Under the pieces are notes generated by a model. The model was not told the DNA's origin and searched no databases. It saw only the letters and a list, made by a program, of their open reading frames with translations. Shown here piece by piece: positions 9,187-19,364 of a DNA stretch of 64,000 bases (the stretch's first letter is position 1; the number at the start of each line of letters is the position of its first letter). The translations under genes and the position numbers were made by a program. Source of the DNA: Armatimonadota bacterium (GTDB lineage Bacteria > Armatimonadota > SYMT01); contig JAWLHY010000003.1 of assembly GCA_041690135.1 (NCBI GenBank), positions 288,001 to 352,000 of the forward strand, in the 5' to 3' direction.

Positions 9187-9885
9187 ATGCAAAGGAAAGG
9201 CTTCACCCTTATTGAGCTACTTGTAGTCATAGCCATTATTGCAATACTGGCAGCCATCCTCTTTCCGGTGTTTGCTCGAGCCCGTGAGGCCGGGCGCGCC
9301 ACCTCGTGCAAGAGCAACCTGAAACAGATCGGCACTGCGTTTATCATGTACAGCCAGGACTATGACGAGACCGGCGTGCTGGGATCGAGCAACAACTACG
9401 GTACGTTGCGGTGCGCCAATGGTGCGGTGTGCGAAGGTTGGGAACCCCGGCTGCAGCCCTACATCAAGAACTGGAACGTGTTCCGCTGCCCTTCACGCTC
9501 CGACTCCAGTGCCTTCGGCAACAACATCGGCGCCCGCTGCCGGAGTTCCTATGGCTTCAATCTGAACTACTGGAGAAATCGGCGAGCGAATTCCTGGTCA
9601 GCCGGGGTGAACGACTCCCTTTGGGCGTTCCCGGCCGACACGGTTCAGGCCGCAGAGATCATCCCGGGCGCGGACGACTACATTGGCGTGTGGGACACCG
9701 ACGCCAATACCATTACCTCGAACAACCAGTGGGATACGCCGATCAGTGCCATCACGACGATGCCGGGAAGCCGCCTCAACCAGGTCCATAGTGAAACCGC
9801 CAACGTGTTATTCAAGGACGGCCACGTCAAGGCGATGAAAAAGACCCAACTCCGCATGCGGCAGTTCGTCATCGAAGGGAGGTAG
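9187..9885 (+). CDS. DUF1559 / prepilin-type N-terminal and H-X9-DG domain protein (copy 2, ~91% aa identical to copy 1)
   Basis: Same motifs and length (232 aa) as 2929..3627; GGAG RBS upstream of ATG 9187; 21 aa differences by manual count. Confidence 0.92.
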   Translation: MQRKGFTLIELLVVIAIIAILAAILFPVFARAREAGRATSCKSNLKQIGTAFIMYSQDYDETGVLGSSNNYGTLRCANGAVCEGWEPRLQPYIKNWNVFRCPSRSDSSAFGNNIGARCRSSYGFNLNYWRNRRANSWSAGVNDSLWAFPADTVQAAEIIPGADDYIGVWDTDANTITSNNQWDTPISAITTMPGSRLNQVHSETANVLFKDGHVKAMKKTQLRMRQFVIEGR

Positions 9886-9975
9886 GCTGGTAAAGCAGCA
9901 CACAGCGAGTTTCAAGCGTCAACCTGGTCGGCGAATGGCCTCGTTTGCGGTGGAACCAGAGCCGACTTCCCATGT

Positions 9976-10020
9976 AAAAGAAGGGGTGGGCCGGATTGCT
10001 TCCGGCCCACCCCTTCTGTT
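9976..10020. terminator. Bidirectional intrinsic terminator between convergent genes
   Basis: AGAAGGGGTGGGCCGGA-ttgct-TCCGGCCCACCCCTTCT perfect 17-bp stem with A/T-rich flanks. Confidence 0.85.
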
Positions 10021-10079
10021 GTTGCTTCTTTCGATGTGGGTTCGTGGCAACTACTACCACTCACCACTCACCAAGGCCA

Positions 10080-11165
10080 CTACCCACCCGGAGGGGGAGC
10101 GGGGACGCCTTCGCCTCCCGCACCGGCCGGCACCACGCCCGGTGCACCCGGAGCACCGCCCGGACCGGCGGCCATCTGGGTCTGGATCGACTTGTACTCC
10201 GGCCGGTTGACGTCGACCTTCGCCTGCTGGAAGGCCTGCATCAACGCGCGCTGGTTCTCACCGATCTTGCCGGTCTCGCGCGCCTTCTGTTCCACCAGGG
10301 CGGCCTCGATCATGTCCGCCACGTCCTCGAAGCGCGGCTCCTTCTTCTCGGTCCGCTTCTCCAGGCGGGCGACCACCCAGGTAGCACCGACCTTTACCGG
10401 CGGGGTGGTCTCGCTTTCCTTCAGCTTGAAGGCGGCATCCACCACTTCCTGGGCGACCGGTCCACCCTGGCCTACCTCGCGCGGCAGGGTGCCGGGCACG
10501 CGCCCGCCTTCCTGGGCGAAGCGGTCTTTGGAGTGGGTCTGGGCCACCAGGGAAAAATTGGTGTTGCTGGCCAGGTCGGCCTGAACCTGCTTCAACTTCG
10601 CCGCGGAGTCGACGGTGATCTGCGAGATCTCGATCTGGTCCGGAATGCTGTACAGGTGCTTCTGCTTCTCGAACTCTTTCTTGAGCTCGGCTTCGGAGAT
10701 CGTGGTGCCGCGGTACAGCACGTTGTTCTGCACCATGCCGTTCAGGAGGTCGCGCTTGAAGTCGTCCAGCGCCAGGCCCTGCTGGCGGAGGCTATCCTCG
10801 AAGTTCATTCCCAGGAAGACGGCGCGGCGGCGGAAGGCATCCACGCGTGCTTCCAGTTCTTGCTGGCTGGGGTAAACGTTGAGCTTCTTCGCTTCCTGGG
10901 CGAACACCGTGCTCTGGATCCACTGGATCAGCACCTGGTAGCCCACGGTGCCCGCCTGGGGGCGGACCTGCCGGGCCGACTCGCACAGCTTCGCAAATTC
11001 CTTTTCGGTAAGAGACGTGCCGTTAACGGAGGCCACGGGCTTTGCACCGCATCCCGCGGTTGAGATTACCGCAGCCAGGCCAACAAAAAGGAGCGCAGCT
11101 CTCCAACGCGGGCGCGCTCCGGAAAGGATACCCATTCGCATTTTCCTATCCGGTAAATAGATCAC
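10080..11165 (-). CDS. PrsA/SurA-like parvulin foldase lipoprotein (start may be slightly downstream)
   Basis: Lipobox TAGC, VASVNG SurA-N-like region, parvulin-like FSLVAQTHSKD...GG...AAFKL. Confidence 0.8.
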   Translation of the reverse strand: MIYLPDRKMRMGILSGARPRWRAALLFVGLAAVISTAGCGAKPVASVNGTSLTEKEFAKLCESARQVRPQAGTVGYQVLIQWIQSTVFAQEAKKLNVYPSQQELEARVDAFRRRAVFLGMNFEDSLRQQGLALDDFKRDLLNGMVQNNVLYRGTTISEAELKKEFEKQKHLYSIPDQIEISQITVDSAAKLKQVQADLASNTNFSLVAQTHSKDRFAQEGGRVPGTLPREVGQGGPVAQEVVDAAFKLKESETTPPVKVGATWVVARLEKRTEKKEPRFEDVADMIEAALVEQKARETGKIGENQRALMQAFQQAKVDVNRPEYKSIQTQMAAGPGGAPGAPGVVPAGAGGEGVPAPPPGG

Positions 11166-11925
11166 GGTCGGCAGATAGATACCCGCGGAGGCGCATCATC
11201 GCTTGCTGATGGAGCTGGAACACGCGGGACTCGGAGACCTTCAGGATCTTTCCAATCTCTTTGAAAGTCAGGCCTTCGTAGTAATATAACGAAAGAACGA
11301 GATGCTCGCGTTCCGGAAGTCGCTTCACCGCAACGGTGAGCGCCTGGCGCCGTTCGCGCTTCTCCACCGCCTGGGTGGTGTCGCCGGCCTGGGTCGTGTC
11401 CTCCACCGTGTCCACCACGCGCAGGGTGGCGTCCGGCTCGGAGGAAAACAGCATCTCGTCCAGGGAGAGCACCGAGGCCTGGGCGACATCCGATAGCATC
11501 TTGTGCAGCAGGTCGACGGATAAGCCGAGGTGTTCCGCGATCTCGTCGTCCGTGCCCGGCCGGCCCAGCCGGCTCTCCACCGCCGCGTAGGCGCGTTCCA
11601 GGCCCTTGATCTTGTCCCGGATGGAGCGCGGCGCCCAATCTTCCCCCCGCAGGAGTTCCAGAATGGCGCCCCGGATCAGGGCGATGGCGAAGGTTTCGAA
11701 CTTGACCTGACGGCTGGCGTCGAAGTTGTCTACTGCCCGGATGAGGCCGATGACGCCCGCACTGATGAGGTCTTCGCGGTCGAGGCTGGGGGGGACGCCG
11801 CCCGCGATGCGCCCGGCCGTGATCTTAACCAGGTAGCTGTAATTGCTGATGAGGGTCTCGCGGGCTCTGAGATCACCCCGGTGTTTGAAGCGATACCAGA
11901 TATCCTGGAGGCTTTCAGAGGCCAT
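11146..11925 (-). CDS. FliA/WhiG-family RNA polymerase sigma factor (sigma-28 type)
   Basis: DLISAGVIGLIRAVDNFD, KFETFA..IRGAILELLR..DWAPRSIR, region 4 LTFKEIGKILKVSESRVFQLH; ATG at 11925. Confidence 0.92.
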   Translation of the reverse strand: MASESLQDIWYRFKHRGDLRARETLISNYSYLVKITAGRIAGGVPPSLDREDLISAGVIGLIRAVDNFDASRQVKFETFAIALIRGAILELLRGEDWAPRSIRDKIKGLERAYAAVESRLGRPGTDDEIAEHLGLSVDLLHKMLSDVAQASVLSLDEMLFSSEPDATLRVVDTVEDTTQAGDTTQAVEKRERRQALTVAVKRLPEREHLVLSLYYYEGLTFKEIGKILKVSESRVFQLHQQAMMRLRGYLSADRDLFTG

Positions 11926-12109
11926 GCCAGCGCCTTCCACACCAGAGCCATTCCGCGGAGGCTCGAGGAGTTGGGGTCGGATGAAAGTAGACGGCGAAGG
12001 GGTCGCCTTGTTCTGCGCAGAGGGTGGATTGTAGCACGCGGATGGAGCCTTCGTCAACGTCGGGGAATTAAGCAGGCGTCCGGTCGGATCCGAATGAGGC
12101 AGCGGAACC

Positions 12110-12901
12110 TCAGTCGAACCGGGGCGGATCGGCGTCGGGAAGAAACTGGGACGGATCGGCCGCGGGGCGGGCGTGCCCGTTGAGGTGGTGCCGGGGCAAG
12201 TTCTCCTGCTCTTCTTCCTGTTCGATCAGGGCGTTGCGCACCACGGCGCTGGTTTCCGCCGTTTTCCGCTCGGGGGATTTAGGCGGTAGCGGGGCCGGTC
12301 GCAGGGTAGGAACGGGCACGGTTCCCGGCATCGGCTTTGTGCGCCGGATGAAGCCGAGAACCCAGGCGCCGCTGAGGAGACAGAACGCGCACCAGAAGGC
12401 GGCCAGGGGACCGGTCCACTGGAGCGAGAGAATCTCCGGCCGGGCGGTGGCGATCGCCCAGAGGGCCGCGGCGCCCAGCGCCTGGATTCCCAGGATCAGC
12501 ATGGTCAGGCCGGCGACCTGCGCGCCTCCCCCGGAAGACGGCGCCGTCGAGAGCGTTTCCGGTGGGCGTTGCGCGGAGACCTGGTCCAGGTAATCGGCTA
12601 CCGAGAGCAGGGCCTTCCCCAGCAGCCCGTCCGATTCTCCCTGTCGGGCCATCTCCACATAGAACGGGTCGAACAGGTGGGGGAATGGCGTGAGCGATTC
12701 GTGGAACTCGCGTCCGTTGGTGAGGCGTTCGCCGATCTCGCGCGCGGCCGCCAGCAGTTGCGGGTTGCGGCTATGCTGGCTGGCGATGCGCAGCGCCCGC
12801 AGCACATCAACCCCGGCGTCCAGCATGGCGCCGAGTTGGCGGGTGAAGATCGCCAGTTCCGCGGTCGAGACCTGGGTTCCATCGGTACCGGTCGGGGACA
12901 T
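12110..12901 (-). CDS. Type II secretion system F (PilC/GspF-like) single-domain membrane protein
   Basis: ELAIFTRQLGAMLDAGV..LRAL, FDPFYVEMARQGESDGLL..AL..VADY; only one T2SSF domain followed by two TM helices. Confidence 0.75.
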   Translation of the reverse strand: MSPTGTDGTQVSTAELAIFTRQLGAMLDAGVDVLRALRIASQHSRNPQLLAAAREIGERLTNGREFHESLTPFPHLFDPFYVEMARQGESDGLLGKALLSVADYLDQVSAQRPPETLSTAPSSGGGAQVAGLTMLILGIQALGAAALWAIATARPEILSLQWTGPLAAFWCAFCLLSGAWVLGFIRRTKPMPGTVPVPTLRPAPLPPKSPERKTAETSAVVRNALIEQEEEQENLPRHHLNGHARPAADPSQFLPDADPPRFD

Positions 12902-12978
12902 CCAGGGGCTCCTCAACAGATGGTTCCACGATTACTTAGATAACGGATGAGAGAGGGCCACGGTTCCTCGGATTGGCG

Positions 12979-14484
12979 CTATCGGGGCGGTGTCTCCTCC
13001 GTTAGCCAGCGAGCGATGGCCTGGAGGTGGATGGGATGTACTCCCCAGGCCGCCAGCCGGGGCAGGGGGTCCGGATAGTTGGCCAGGCAGTACGGCTCGC
13101 GTCCGGCGAGGACCACCGCCCGGGGGTGCCGGGAGAGCAGTGCCGAGATTGTGGCCGGCGGGCGCCCACCGGCGAAGGGTTGCTGGGGCATGGCCCACCA
13201 GAGGAGCTGCGGTGCTGCGATCAACTCCGGCTCCCGCCCTGTCTCCCAGGCCACCGCCTGAGCTGCCCAGCCTTCCTCTTGCAAGAGCGCTGCCAGCGCC
13301 GCGGCCGGCTCGCCGGCGCCGCTGACGAGCGTGGTCTGGTGCGGATCCCATCCGGCAGGCGGAGCGGGCGCCGGTTCAAGTTGCCCGCTCCGGTAGATAC
13401 GCAACGCCTCACGCGCCACCTGGGCTTCGAACTCACGGTAATCTTTGCCGCTTACGAGACCGGGCCGGGGCGCTGGGTCCCGCACGACGGTCGTGTATTC
13501 TCGCGCTCGCCGCACCCGCGCGGCGGACGCCGCCAGGCGCTCTTCGGTGAGGCGCCCGGAGCGCACGGCTTTACAGAGGGCGGTGTGCATCCGGGCCTGC
13601 GTCTCCTGAGTGTGGCAGACCAGCAGCATGTCCGCGCCGGCCTCAATCGCCAGCACGGCGGCCTCTTCCGGGCTCCAGTGGTCCGCAATTCCCCGCATCT
13701 CCAGGCAGTCGGTCACCACCAGTCCGTCGAAGCCCAGCTCCTCTCGCAGGATTCCGGTGAGGATGGGCCGCGAAAGCGTGGCGGGGAGGGCGGGGTCGAG
13801 CTGCGGGAACCGGATGTGGGTGGTCATCACCGCCAGGTCCTCCCGCGCGAGGGCGGCGCGGAACGGCACCAGTTCAACCGCCTCGAGCCGGGCGCGGCCC
13901 GCCGGCTGTACCGGCAGTTCCAGGTGGCTGTCCGCGTGCGTATCGCCGTGGCCGGGAAAGTGCTTCACTACCGGCAGCAGGCCGGCCTCCCGCAGGCCCG
14001 CGACCGCCGCGACCCCGTGACGGACGACCCGCTCGGGGTCCTCGCCGAACGAGCGGACTCCGATCACCGGGTTGCGCGGGTTGTTGTTCACGTCCAGCAC
14101 CGGGGCAAAATCGACGTCGATGCCCAGGGCCGCCAACTGCTCGCCGATCGACCGGTGGACGCGCCGGGTCAATTCCGGCCGATCGAGGCAGCCGAGCGCC
14201 ATGTTGCCGGGAAACACCATTCCCGGGAGGGGAAGGCGAGAGACGCGACCGCCTTCCTGGTCGATTCCGATGAGGGGCGGCGTAGAAGCCCGGCCGCGGA
14301 GCTGCTCCACCAGCGCGGCAATCTCCGCCGGGGCGCCCAGGTTCCGGTTGAACAGGACCAAGCCCCCCACGCCAAGTTCCTCGACCAGAAAGCGAGCGTG
14401 GTCGTTGTAGGTCCGGGGGGCCGGCTCGGGCGCTTCGCCCCAACCGCACCAGAGGAGTTGGGCTGCCAGACGTTCGAGTGTCAT
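12979..14484 (-). CDS. nagZ: Beta-N-acetylhexosaminidase (GH3)
   Basis: IDQEGGRVSR, KHFPGHGDTHADSH, VVTDCLEM motifs. Confidence 0.9.
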   Translation of the reverse strand: MTLERLAAQLLWCGWGEAPEPAPRTYNDHARFLVEELGVGGLVLFNRNLGAPAEIAALVEQLRGRASTPPLIGIDQEGGRVSRLPLPGMVFPGNMALGCLDRPELTRRVHRSIGEQLAALGIDVDFAPVLDVNNNPRNPVIGVRSFGEDPERVVRHGVAAVAGLREAGLLPVVKHFPGHGDTHADSHLELPVQPAGRARLEAVELVPFRAALAREDLAVMTTHIRFPQLDPALPATLSRPILTGILREELGFDGLVVTDCLEMRGIADHWSPEEAAVLAIEAGADMLLVCHTQETQARMHTALCKAVRSGRLTEERLAASAARVRRAREYTTVVRDPAPRPGLVSGKDYREFEAQVAREALRIYRSGQLEPAPAPPAGWDPHQTTLVSGAGEPAAALAALLQEEGWAAQAVAWETGREPELIAAPQLLWWAMPQQPFAGGRPPATISALLSRHPRAVVLAGREPYCLANYPDPLPRLAAWGVHPIHLQAIARWLTEETPPR

Positions 14485-15608
14485 GATGGATCTATCCTGC
14501 GCTGACGACCCAGGCCCGCACCGAAAACCCCGGCGGCCGCGGCGGCCCGGAAGAAAAGCGACTCCTCCGCCAGCGATCGCCCCATGGTAGTCAGAAAGGC
14601 GGCGTACGGCTCAAGCGCCGGCATTATCGGGTCCGGATCGGATACGGCCGTCGTATGTCCCCGCGAGCCCCACTCCGCCTGCGGGGATGCTTTGGGCGGG
14701 AACGGCAGCGTTACCGGGCACCGGAGACATTCCAGCAGCGTGCGAGTGTGATGGCTCAAGCCCTGGTGCCGCTCCCGCGGGTCGGCGGCACTCATTCGGG
14801 GAGTCAGGATCGCAAAGCCGCCCAGGGTATCCGCAGCGTGCAGCGCCTCCACCAGCGAGAGCCCGCTGAACCCGTACGCCGTTCCCGTTCCAACGTTGCC
14901 GGGCCCCTGTCCCACCACGACCATGTCGGCCCTGATAACTTCCGACGCCACGATCAGACCAGTATAGACGTTTACCGTCTCGAAGTCGCCCCCAAAGGAC
15001 TGCCCGGTCGAAACCGATGCCGTCAGCACACCGTCCTCGCGCAGGCGTGCCGCCAGCCGGCTGAACGAGACCGGCAGCGCGGCCGAATCGAGTTGCAGAT
15101 ACGCGATCCGGGCCTCCGGCCAGGCCGCCCGGGCCGCAAGTGCCACCGCGCCCACCTGGCTGTGCAACTCCGCGGCAACGACCGGCAGCCCCGCCAGCGA
15201 CTTGAAGTCGCGGACCGCGCCATGGTGCGGAGAAGCTTCCTCTTCGGCGGCCATCACCCGATGCTGGAGAGGGGTGTACCGCAGTTTCAGGATATGCCCC
15301 GCTTCCCGTCCGGGGAAGGAGGAGTGAGACGCGGACTGCACCTGGTCTTCAGAGCCAGAGCCCGCTACCGCAACGATAAAGTGCACGCCGCCCGTGCCCA
15401 GCCGGAGCTCGGCCGCCGTGGTGTTGAGCAGAACCCGGTCGCCGGGCCGGAGCGGCGCCCCGAGCAGGCTACCATAGGCGACTGCCCTCGCCGGCTGCCC
15501 TTCAATCTCCACCTCCCACTCCGAGCATCCCCCGCGAACCTCAAGACAGGCCCTAACGTGTGCTTCCCGCAGCGCCAGCTTGGAAGGCTCAGAAAGCATC
15601 TGTGCCAA
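14481..15608 (-). CDS. DUF3866 family protein
   Basis: VLLNTTA..L.LGTGG..F, GHILKLRYTPLQ, GQSFGGDFETVN, GPGNVGTGT.YGFSG. Confidence 0.85.
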   Translation of the reverse strand: MAQMLSEPSKLALREAHVRACLEVRGGCSEWEVEIEGQPARAVAYGSLLGAPLRPGDRVLLNTTAAELRLGTGGVHFIVAVAGSGSEDQVQSASHSSFPGREAGHILKLRYTPLQHRVMAAEEEASPHHGAVRDFKSLAGLPVVAAELHSQVGAVALAARAAWPEARIAYLQLDSAALPVSFSRLAARLREDGVLTASVSTGQSFGGDFETVNVYTGLIVASEVIRADMVVVGQGPGNVGTGTAYGFSGLSLVEALHAADTLGGFAILTPRMSAADPRERHQGLSHHTRTLLECLRCPVTLPFPPKASPQAEWGSRGHTTAVSDPDPIMPALEPYAAFLTTMGRSLAEESLFFRAAAAAGVFGAGLGRQRRIDPS

Positions 15609-15731
15609 CCCGCATAAAAGATGTTCCCCGGAGCAGGTAACAGATGGGTGGTACTCCTGGTGTCTTAGTACATTCCCCCAGGATTGGGGGCAGGGGGCCG
15701 AGAGAGCTCGTGGGTACGGCCTTCCTTCGCT

Positions 15732-16133
15732 TCAAAGCGGCAGCGTTCCTTCCACCGCGTGCAGCCAGGCCTGGAAACGGGCGGCAAGCCAGGCGTCTTG
15801 TTCCGGTGTGAGAAAGATCCAGCGGAACCCGGCGCGACCCCCGCCACTCCAAACGACCTCTGTCGCCAACACCTGGGTCGAGCCCTCCAGCTCATCCAGC
15901 AGGTTCAGCCGGTAGCGGTCGCCCGGCTTGACCGGCACCTCCAACTGGAGACAGATCCCCCCGCGGCTGATGTCGTAAACCGTAGCGGTCAGTCCGATCA
16001 CGGAGATGGGCGGGCCACCAGCCAGGCGGGGGGTCTGCCGGCGCTCGGCACCCTCGACTGTGGTTGCCGGTTCGTTGGAAACGAGCGGACCAAGGGGCGT
16101 TCGGTCCTCGGGTTGGGGTGCTGCGGATGACAT
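15732..16133 (-). CDS. PilZ domain protein
   Basis: ERRQTPR (RxxxR) and DISRGG (D/NxSxxG) c-di-GMP binding motifs. Confidence 0.8.
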   Translation of the reverse strand: MSSAAPQPEDRTPLGPLVSNEPATTVEGAERRQTPRLAGGPPISVIGLTATVYDISRGGICLQLEVPVKPGDRYRLNLLDELEGSTQVLATEVVWSGGGRAGFRWIFLTPEQDAWLAARFQAWLHAVEGTLPL

Positions 16134-16191
16134 CGGGGAACCTCACCAAGCGGAGTGCGGAAACGGACCGGAATGGGGTCCTTCCCTCTTC

Positions 16192-17037
16192 TTATTCCAC
16201 CTTCGCGTCCACATTCACCGCCCCCGCGTCACCGTCCTTTCCTCTTCCAGGAAACAGGCTGCCTAGGGGCTGCCGCAGAAAGCGGAGCACTGCGTCCGCC
16301 GTCGCGTCCGGGTGGGAGAACTGGGCGGCATGCGCGGCCCCGGGGATCTGCACGTAGTACGCACGCGGCAGGGTTCGGGCCAGCTCCTTCCCCACGCGTT
16401 TCGGCACGATGGCATCCTTGGTTCCCTGGAGCAGGAGGGTGGGGCTGCGGAGGCCTCGCGCGTGGCGAAAGGCATCGTCACGCTGCATCTCGCGCACCGT
16501 GAGTAGATAACGAGGGGGGCCCATCCGCCAGAAAACCTTGAGTAGTAACCGGTTATAAGGAAGGGGCTCGAGCAGGGAGTCGGCGGTCAGCCCCGTCAGG
16601 TTCCGCAGGGTCGAGACGTGCTTCCCTCCCGTGGTCGGACCCAGCAGCACGAGCCGCCGCACCCGCTCCGCATACCGATCCGCCAGCGCCAGGGCGATCT
16701 GCCCGCCCATGGAGTGCCCCATCACGTCCGCCGCCGGAACTTCTAGGCGTTCCCGCAGGCGTTCTGTCCAGTCGGCCAAGTCGCCGATACCCAGGATGCG
16801 TTCCGGCGGCTCACTGCGGCCGTGGGCAGGGAGCTCCGGGACGAGCACCGCCGGCGCGTCGGGTCGGCGGGCCAACTCGGCCACCAGCGGCTGCCACGTC
16901 TCCGCGCAGCAGGAAATGCCGTGTAGCAACAGGAGCGGCGGGCAGTCGCCCGCCTCCGGCCCTTCCGGCAGGCGACGGAAGAAGACCCGCCGTCCTTCCA
17001 ACTCCAACCAGCAGTCCTCAACCCGGCGCTCGCTCAT
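16192..17037 (-). CDS. Alpha/beta fold hydrolase
   Basis: LLLHG, GHSMGG nucleophile elbow, GTKD, AAH; start ATG 17037 (MSERRVED). Confidence 0.88.
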   Translation of the reverse strand: MSERRVEDCWLELEGRRVFFRRLPEGPEAGDCPPLLLLHGISCCAETWQPLVAELARRPDAPAVLVPELPAHGRSEPPERILGIGDLADWTERLRERLEVPAADVMGHSMGGQIALALADRYAERVRRLVLLGPTTGGKHVSTLRNLTGLTADSLLEPLPYNRLLLKVFWRMGPPRYLLTVREMQRDDAFRHARGLRSPTLLLQGTKDAIVPKRVGKELARTLPRAYYVQIPGAAHAAQFSHPDATADAVLRFLRQPLGSLFPGRGKDGDAGAVNVDAKVE

Positions 17038-17339
17038 GGATGGGTAATACCCACGGCGGGGGCACCCGCTTTCGCCGCTCGCTCTAACCGTAGGTCCTTG
17101 GCTCCGACCCGCGTGGGTTAACATTGGCGACTGCCACGCCGCAGGAAGGGGACTAACCTGCGCCCCCTGGAGGGAGCATGCCTCCGGGTGAGGCGGGGGC
17201 GGCACGCGGGTCGGCAGTGGGCTGGCATGAGTTCTCCTGAAGGCTACGGTTTTGCACCCACTCATCACCTTCAGGACAGGGCAACCAGAGCCGATGCCCC
17301 TACGGAACGGGTTTGCCAAACGGATGCTGACCGCAAAGT

Positions 17340-17535
17340 CAGCCCCCGCACCCCGGCCCCTGGCCCCTCACCCCTGAACCTGTTCCATTGATCCTGGTCC
17401 CCATCTACATGGGCCACAGGCCCGGCATCCTTCCACCGTCAGAAGCCCGCACTCCTTATCCTAATCGTAATCCTCATCTTAATCGGCCGCAGGCCCCGGC
17501 CCCTGGCCCCTAACCCCTGGCCCCCAGTCCCTGCA
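17340..17535. repeat. Short tandem repeat patches ((CCCCTGG)-type heptamers and (ATCCTA/ATCCTC)-type hexamers) overlapping the 3' end of the aldo/keto reductase
   Basis: ccccggcccctggcccctcacccctg; ccttatcctaatcgtaatcctcatcttaatc; ggccccggcccctggcccctaacccctggccccc. Confidence 0.7.
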
Positions 17536-18445
17536 TGATTCCCTCCACTTCGGCCAACTCCGCCTCGCTCAGCTTCCAGTTCACGGCGGCGGCATTGGCC
17601 CGCACCTGCTCCGGGCGGGTGGCGCCGGCGATGACGGAGGCCACGACCCGCTGCCGCACCAGCCAGGAGAAGGCGAGCTCCAGAAGGGTGTGCCCCTGGG
17701 CTTCCGCAAAGGCGATCAGCGCTTCCACTTTGGCCAGGTTCTCCTCACTCAACCAGCGGGCGTAGCGATCCTCGGAGAGACGGCTCTTCTCGGGGGCCGA
17801 CTGACCCTGGCGGTACTTGCCGGTCAGGAGACCGCTTGCCAGCGGGAAGTACGGTAAGAAGGCGAGACCGGTCCGCTCGCATTCCGCCAGCACGCCATTC
17901 TCCTCGGGTTCGCGGCGGAAGAGGCTGTATTCATTCTGCACGCTCACGAATCGGGCCGCTCCAGAGCCTACCGCCGCTTCGGCCTCCCGGAGCTGCTCCA
18001 CCGAGAAGTTGGAGCAGCCGATCTCCCGCACCTTGCCCGCCTGCACCAGCTCGTTCAGCGCCCCCAGGGTATCCGCGATCGGTACGGTGGGGTCCGGCTG
18101 GTGAAGCTGGTAAAGATCGATCCGGTCGGTGTTCAGCCGCCGCAGGCTGTCCTCCACGGCCTGGCGGATATACTCCGGACGGGCACCCTTCCGCTGGGGA
18201 TCGACTTCCATCCCGAACTTGGTGGCGAGGACCACCTGGTCGCGTCGCCCCGCCAGCGCCCGTCCCAGGAATACCTCGCTCTGCGTTTTGCCGTAGATGT
18301 CCGCCGTGTCCAAGAAGTTGATCCCCGCCTCGAGTGTGGCATCCACCACCCGCGCGGTCGCCTCGGCATCCAGGCGCGCCCCGAAGTTGTTGCACCCGAG
18401 GCCCACCAGAGTGACTTCCAGCGATCCGATCCGTCGTTTTTCCAT
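17510..18445 (-). CDS. Aldo/keto reductase
   Basis: GLGCNNFG, DTADIYG, LATKFG, SLRRLNTDRIDLYQLH, GKVREIGCSN, YFPLASGLLTGKY. Confidence 0.93.
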   Translation of the reverse strand: MEKRRIGSLEVTLVGLGCNNFGARLDAEATARVVDATLEAGINFLDTADIYGKTQSEVFLGRALAGRRDQVVLATKFGMEVDPQRKGARPEYIRQAVEDSLRRLNTDRIDLYQLHQPDPTVPIADTLGALNELVQAGKVREIGCSNFSVEQLREAEAAVGSGAARFVSVQNEYSLFRREPEENGVLAECERTGLAFLPYFPLASGLLTGKYRQGQSAPEKSRLSEDRYARWLSEENLAKVEALIAFAEAQGHTLLELAFSWLVRQRVVASVIAGATRPEQVRANAAAVNWKLSEAELAEVEGIMQGLGARG

Positions 18446-18716
18446 GCGTCTCTCCCGTCGGTGCCGGGATCGGTTCCGTGCGTCCCCGGAGCAGGCAGCG
18501 GGGAGCTTTCCGGCACCGCTACGCATTGTACGGTACCGGCCGCGCGGCCGCCGCTGCAATCCTTTCGCAGCATGATCTCAGCACGGCTTAGCGAAAAGAT
18601 TGTGGACACTCCTGCCGGGGCAGAGTCTCTAAAGCGGTATAAGTTGTACCGATTATGCTTCTTTGGTTGGCCGGCAGGAACCGGGGCAAGGGAAGCATGG
18701 ATCCAGGAGACTTGCC

Positions 18717-19364
18717 ATGAACGCCCGGTATTGGACGGCTGCCTGTCTGATGATGTCCGTCGGCGCCCTCGTTGCGTCCGCCATTCCAGGCGCCTCTGCT
18801 CCGCGGCCAAAACAGCGCGCCAGCTCGAAGAAGACCGGAGTGATTCGGAAGCCGCGACCCAAGCCCCGGAACGCCGTCGCCCCGAAGAGCGCCGCGGCTG
18901 GGAAGAACGGAGCTCCGGCGAAGCCGACGACGCGCGCGATGGCGCCGGACGAGGCGCGGATGGCCGTGGAGATGCTGGGCGACGCGTATGACCTGCTGCT
19001 GACCGAGACGCACGAGGTGTACCACACCCGGCCGAACGTGCCGGTGGCGGCCACGGTGATTCGGAAGGTTCAGGCGAAAATGTCGGCGCTGGGCTGGCCG
19101 CGGTCCCGCTTTCTCGCCGTGAACGCGATCGTAATGCACCCGGACCACGTGGCCCGCGACGACTTCGAACGCGAAACGGTGGAGGCGCTGCGGCTCAAGA
19201 ACCAGCGCATCGAGCGGGTGGTGGACGGTGAACTGCGCGTAGCCACGGTGGTTCCGTTGGGTGGAGGCTGCTCCTCCTGCCACTGGACCCCCAGCGGGCA
19301 ATCCAGCAAGGCAGCGACGACCTGGACCGTGCCGCTGCTCAAGAATCCGAGGCCGGGCCAATGA
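18717..19364 (+). CDS. Secreted DUF3365/Tll0287-like c-type heme protein
   Basis: Signal peptide; DDFERETVEAL; C-terminal CSSCH heme motif. Confidence 0.7.
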   Translation: MNARYWTAACLMMSVGALVASAIPGASAPRPKQRASSKKTGVIRKPRPKPRNAVAPKSAAAGKNGAPAKPTTRAMAPDEARMAVEMLGDAYDLLLTETHEVYHTRPNVPVAATVIRKVQAKMSALGWPRSRFLAVNAIVMHPDHVARDDFERETVEALRLKNQRIERVVDGELRVATVVPLGGGCSSCHWTPSGQSSKAATTWTVPLLKNPRPGQ

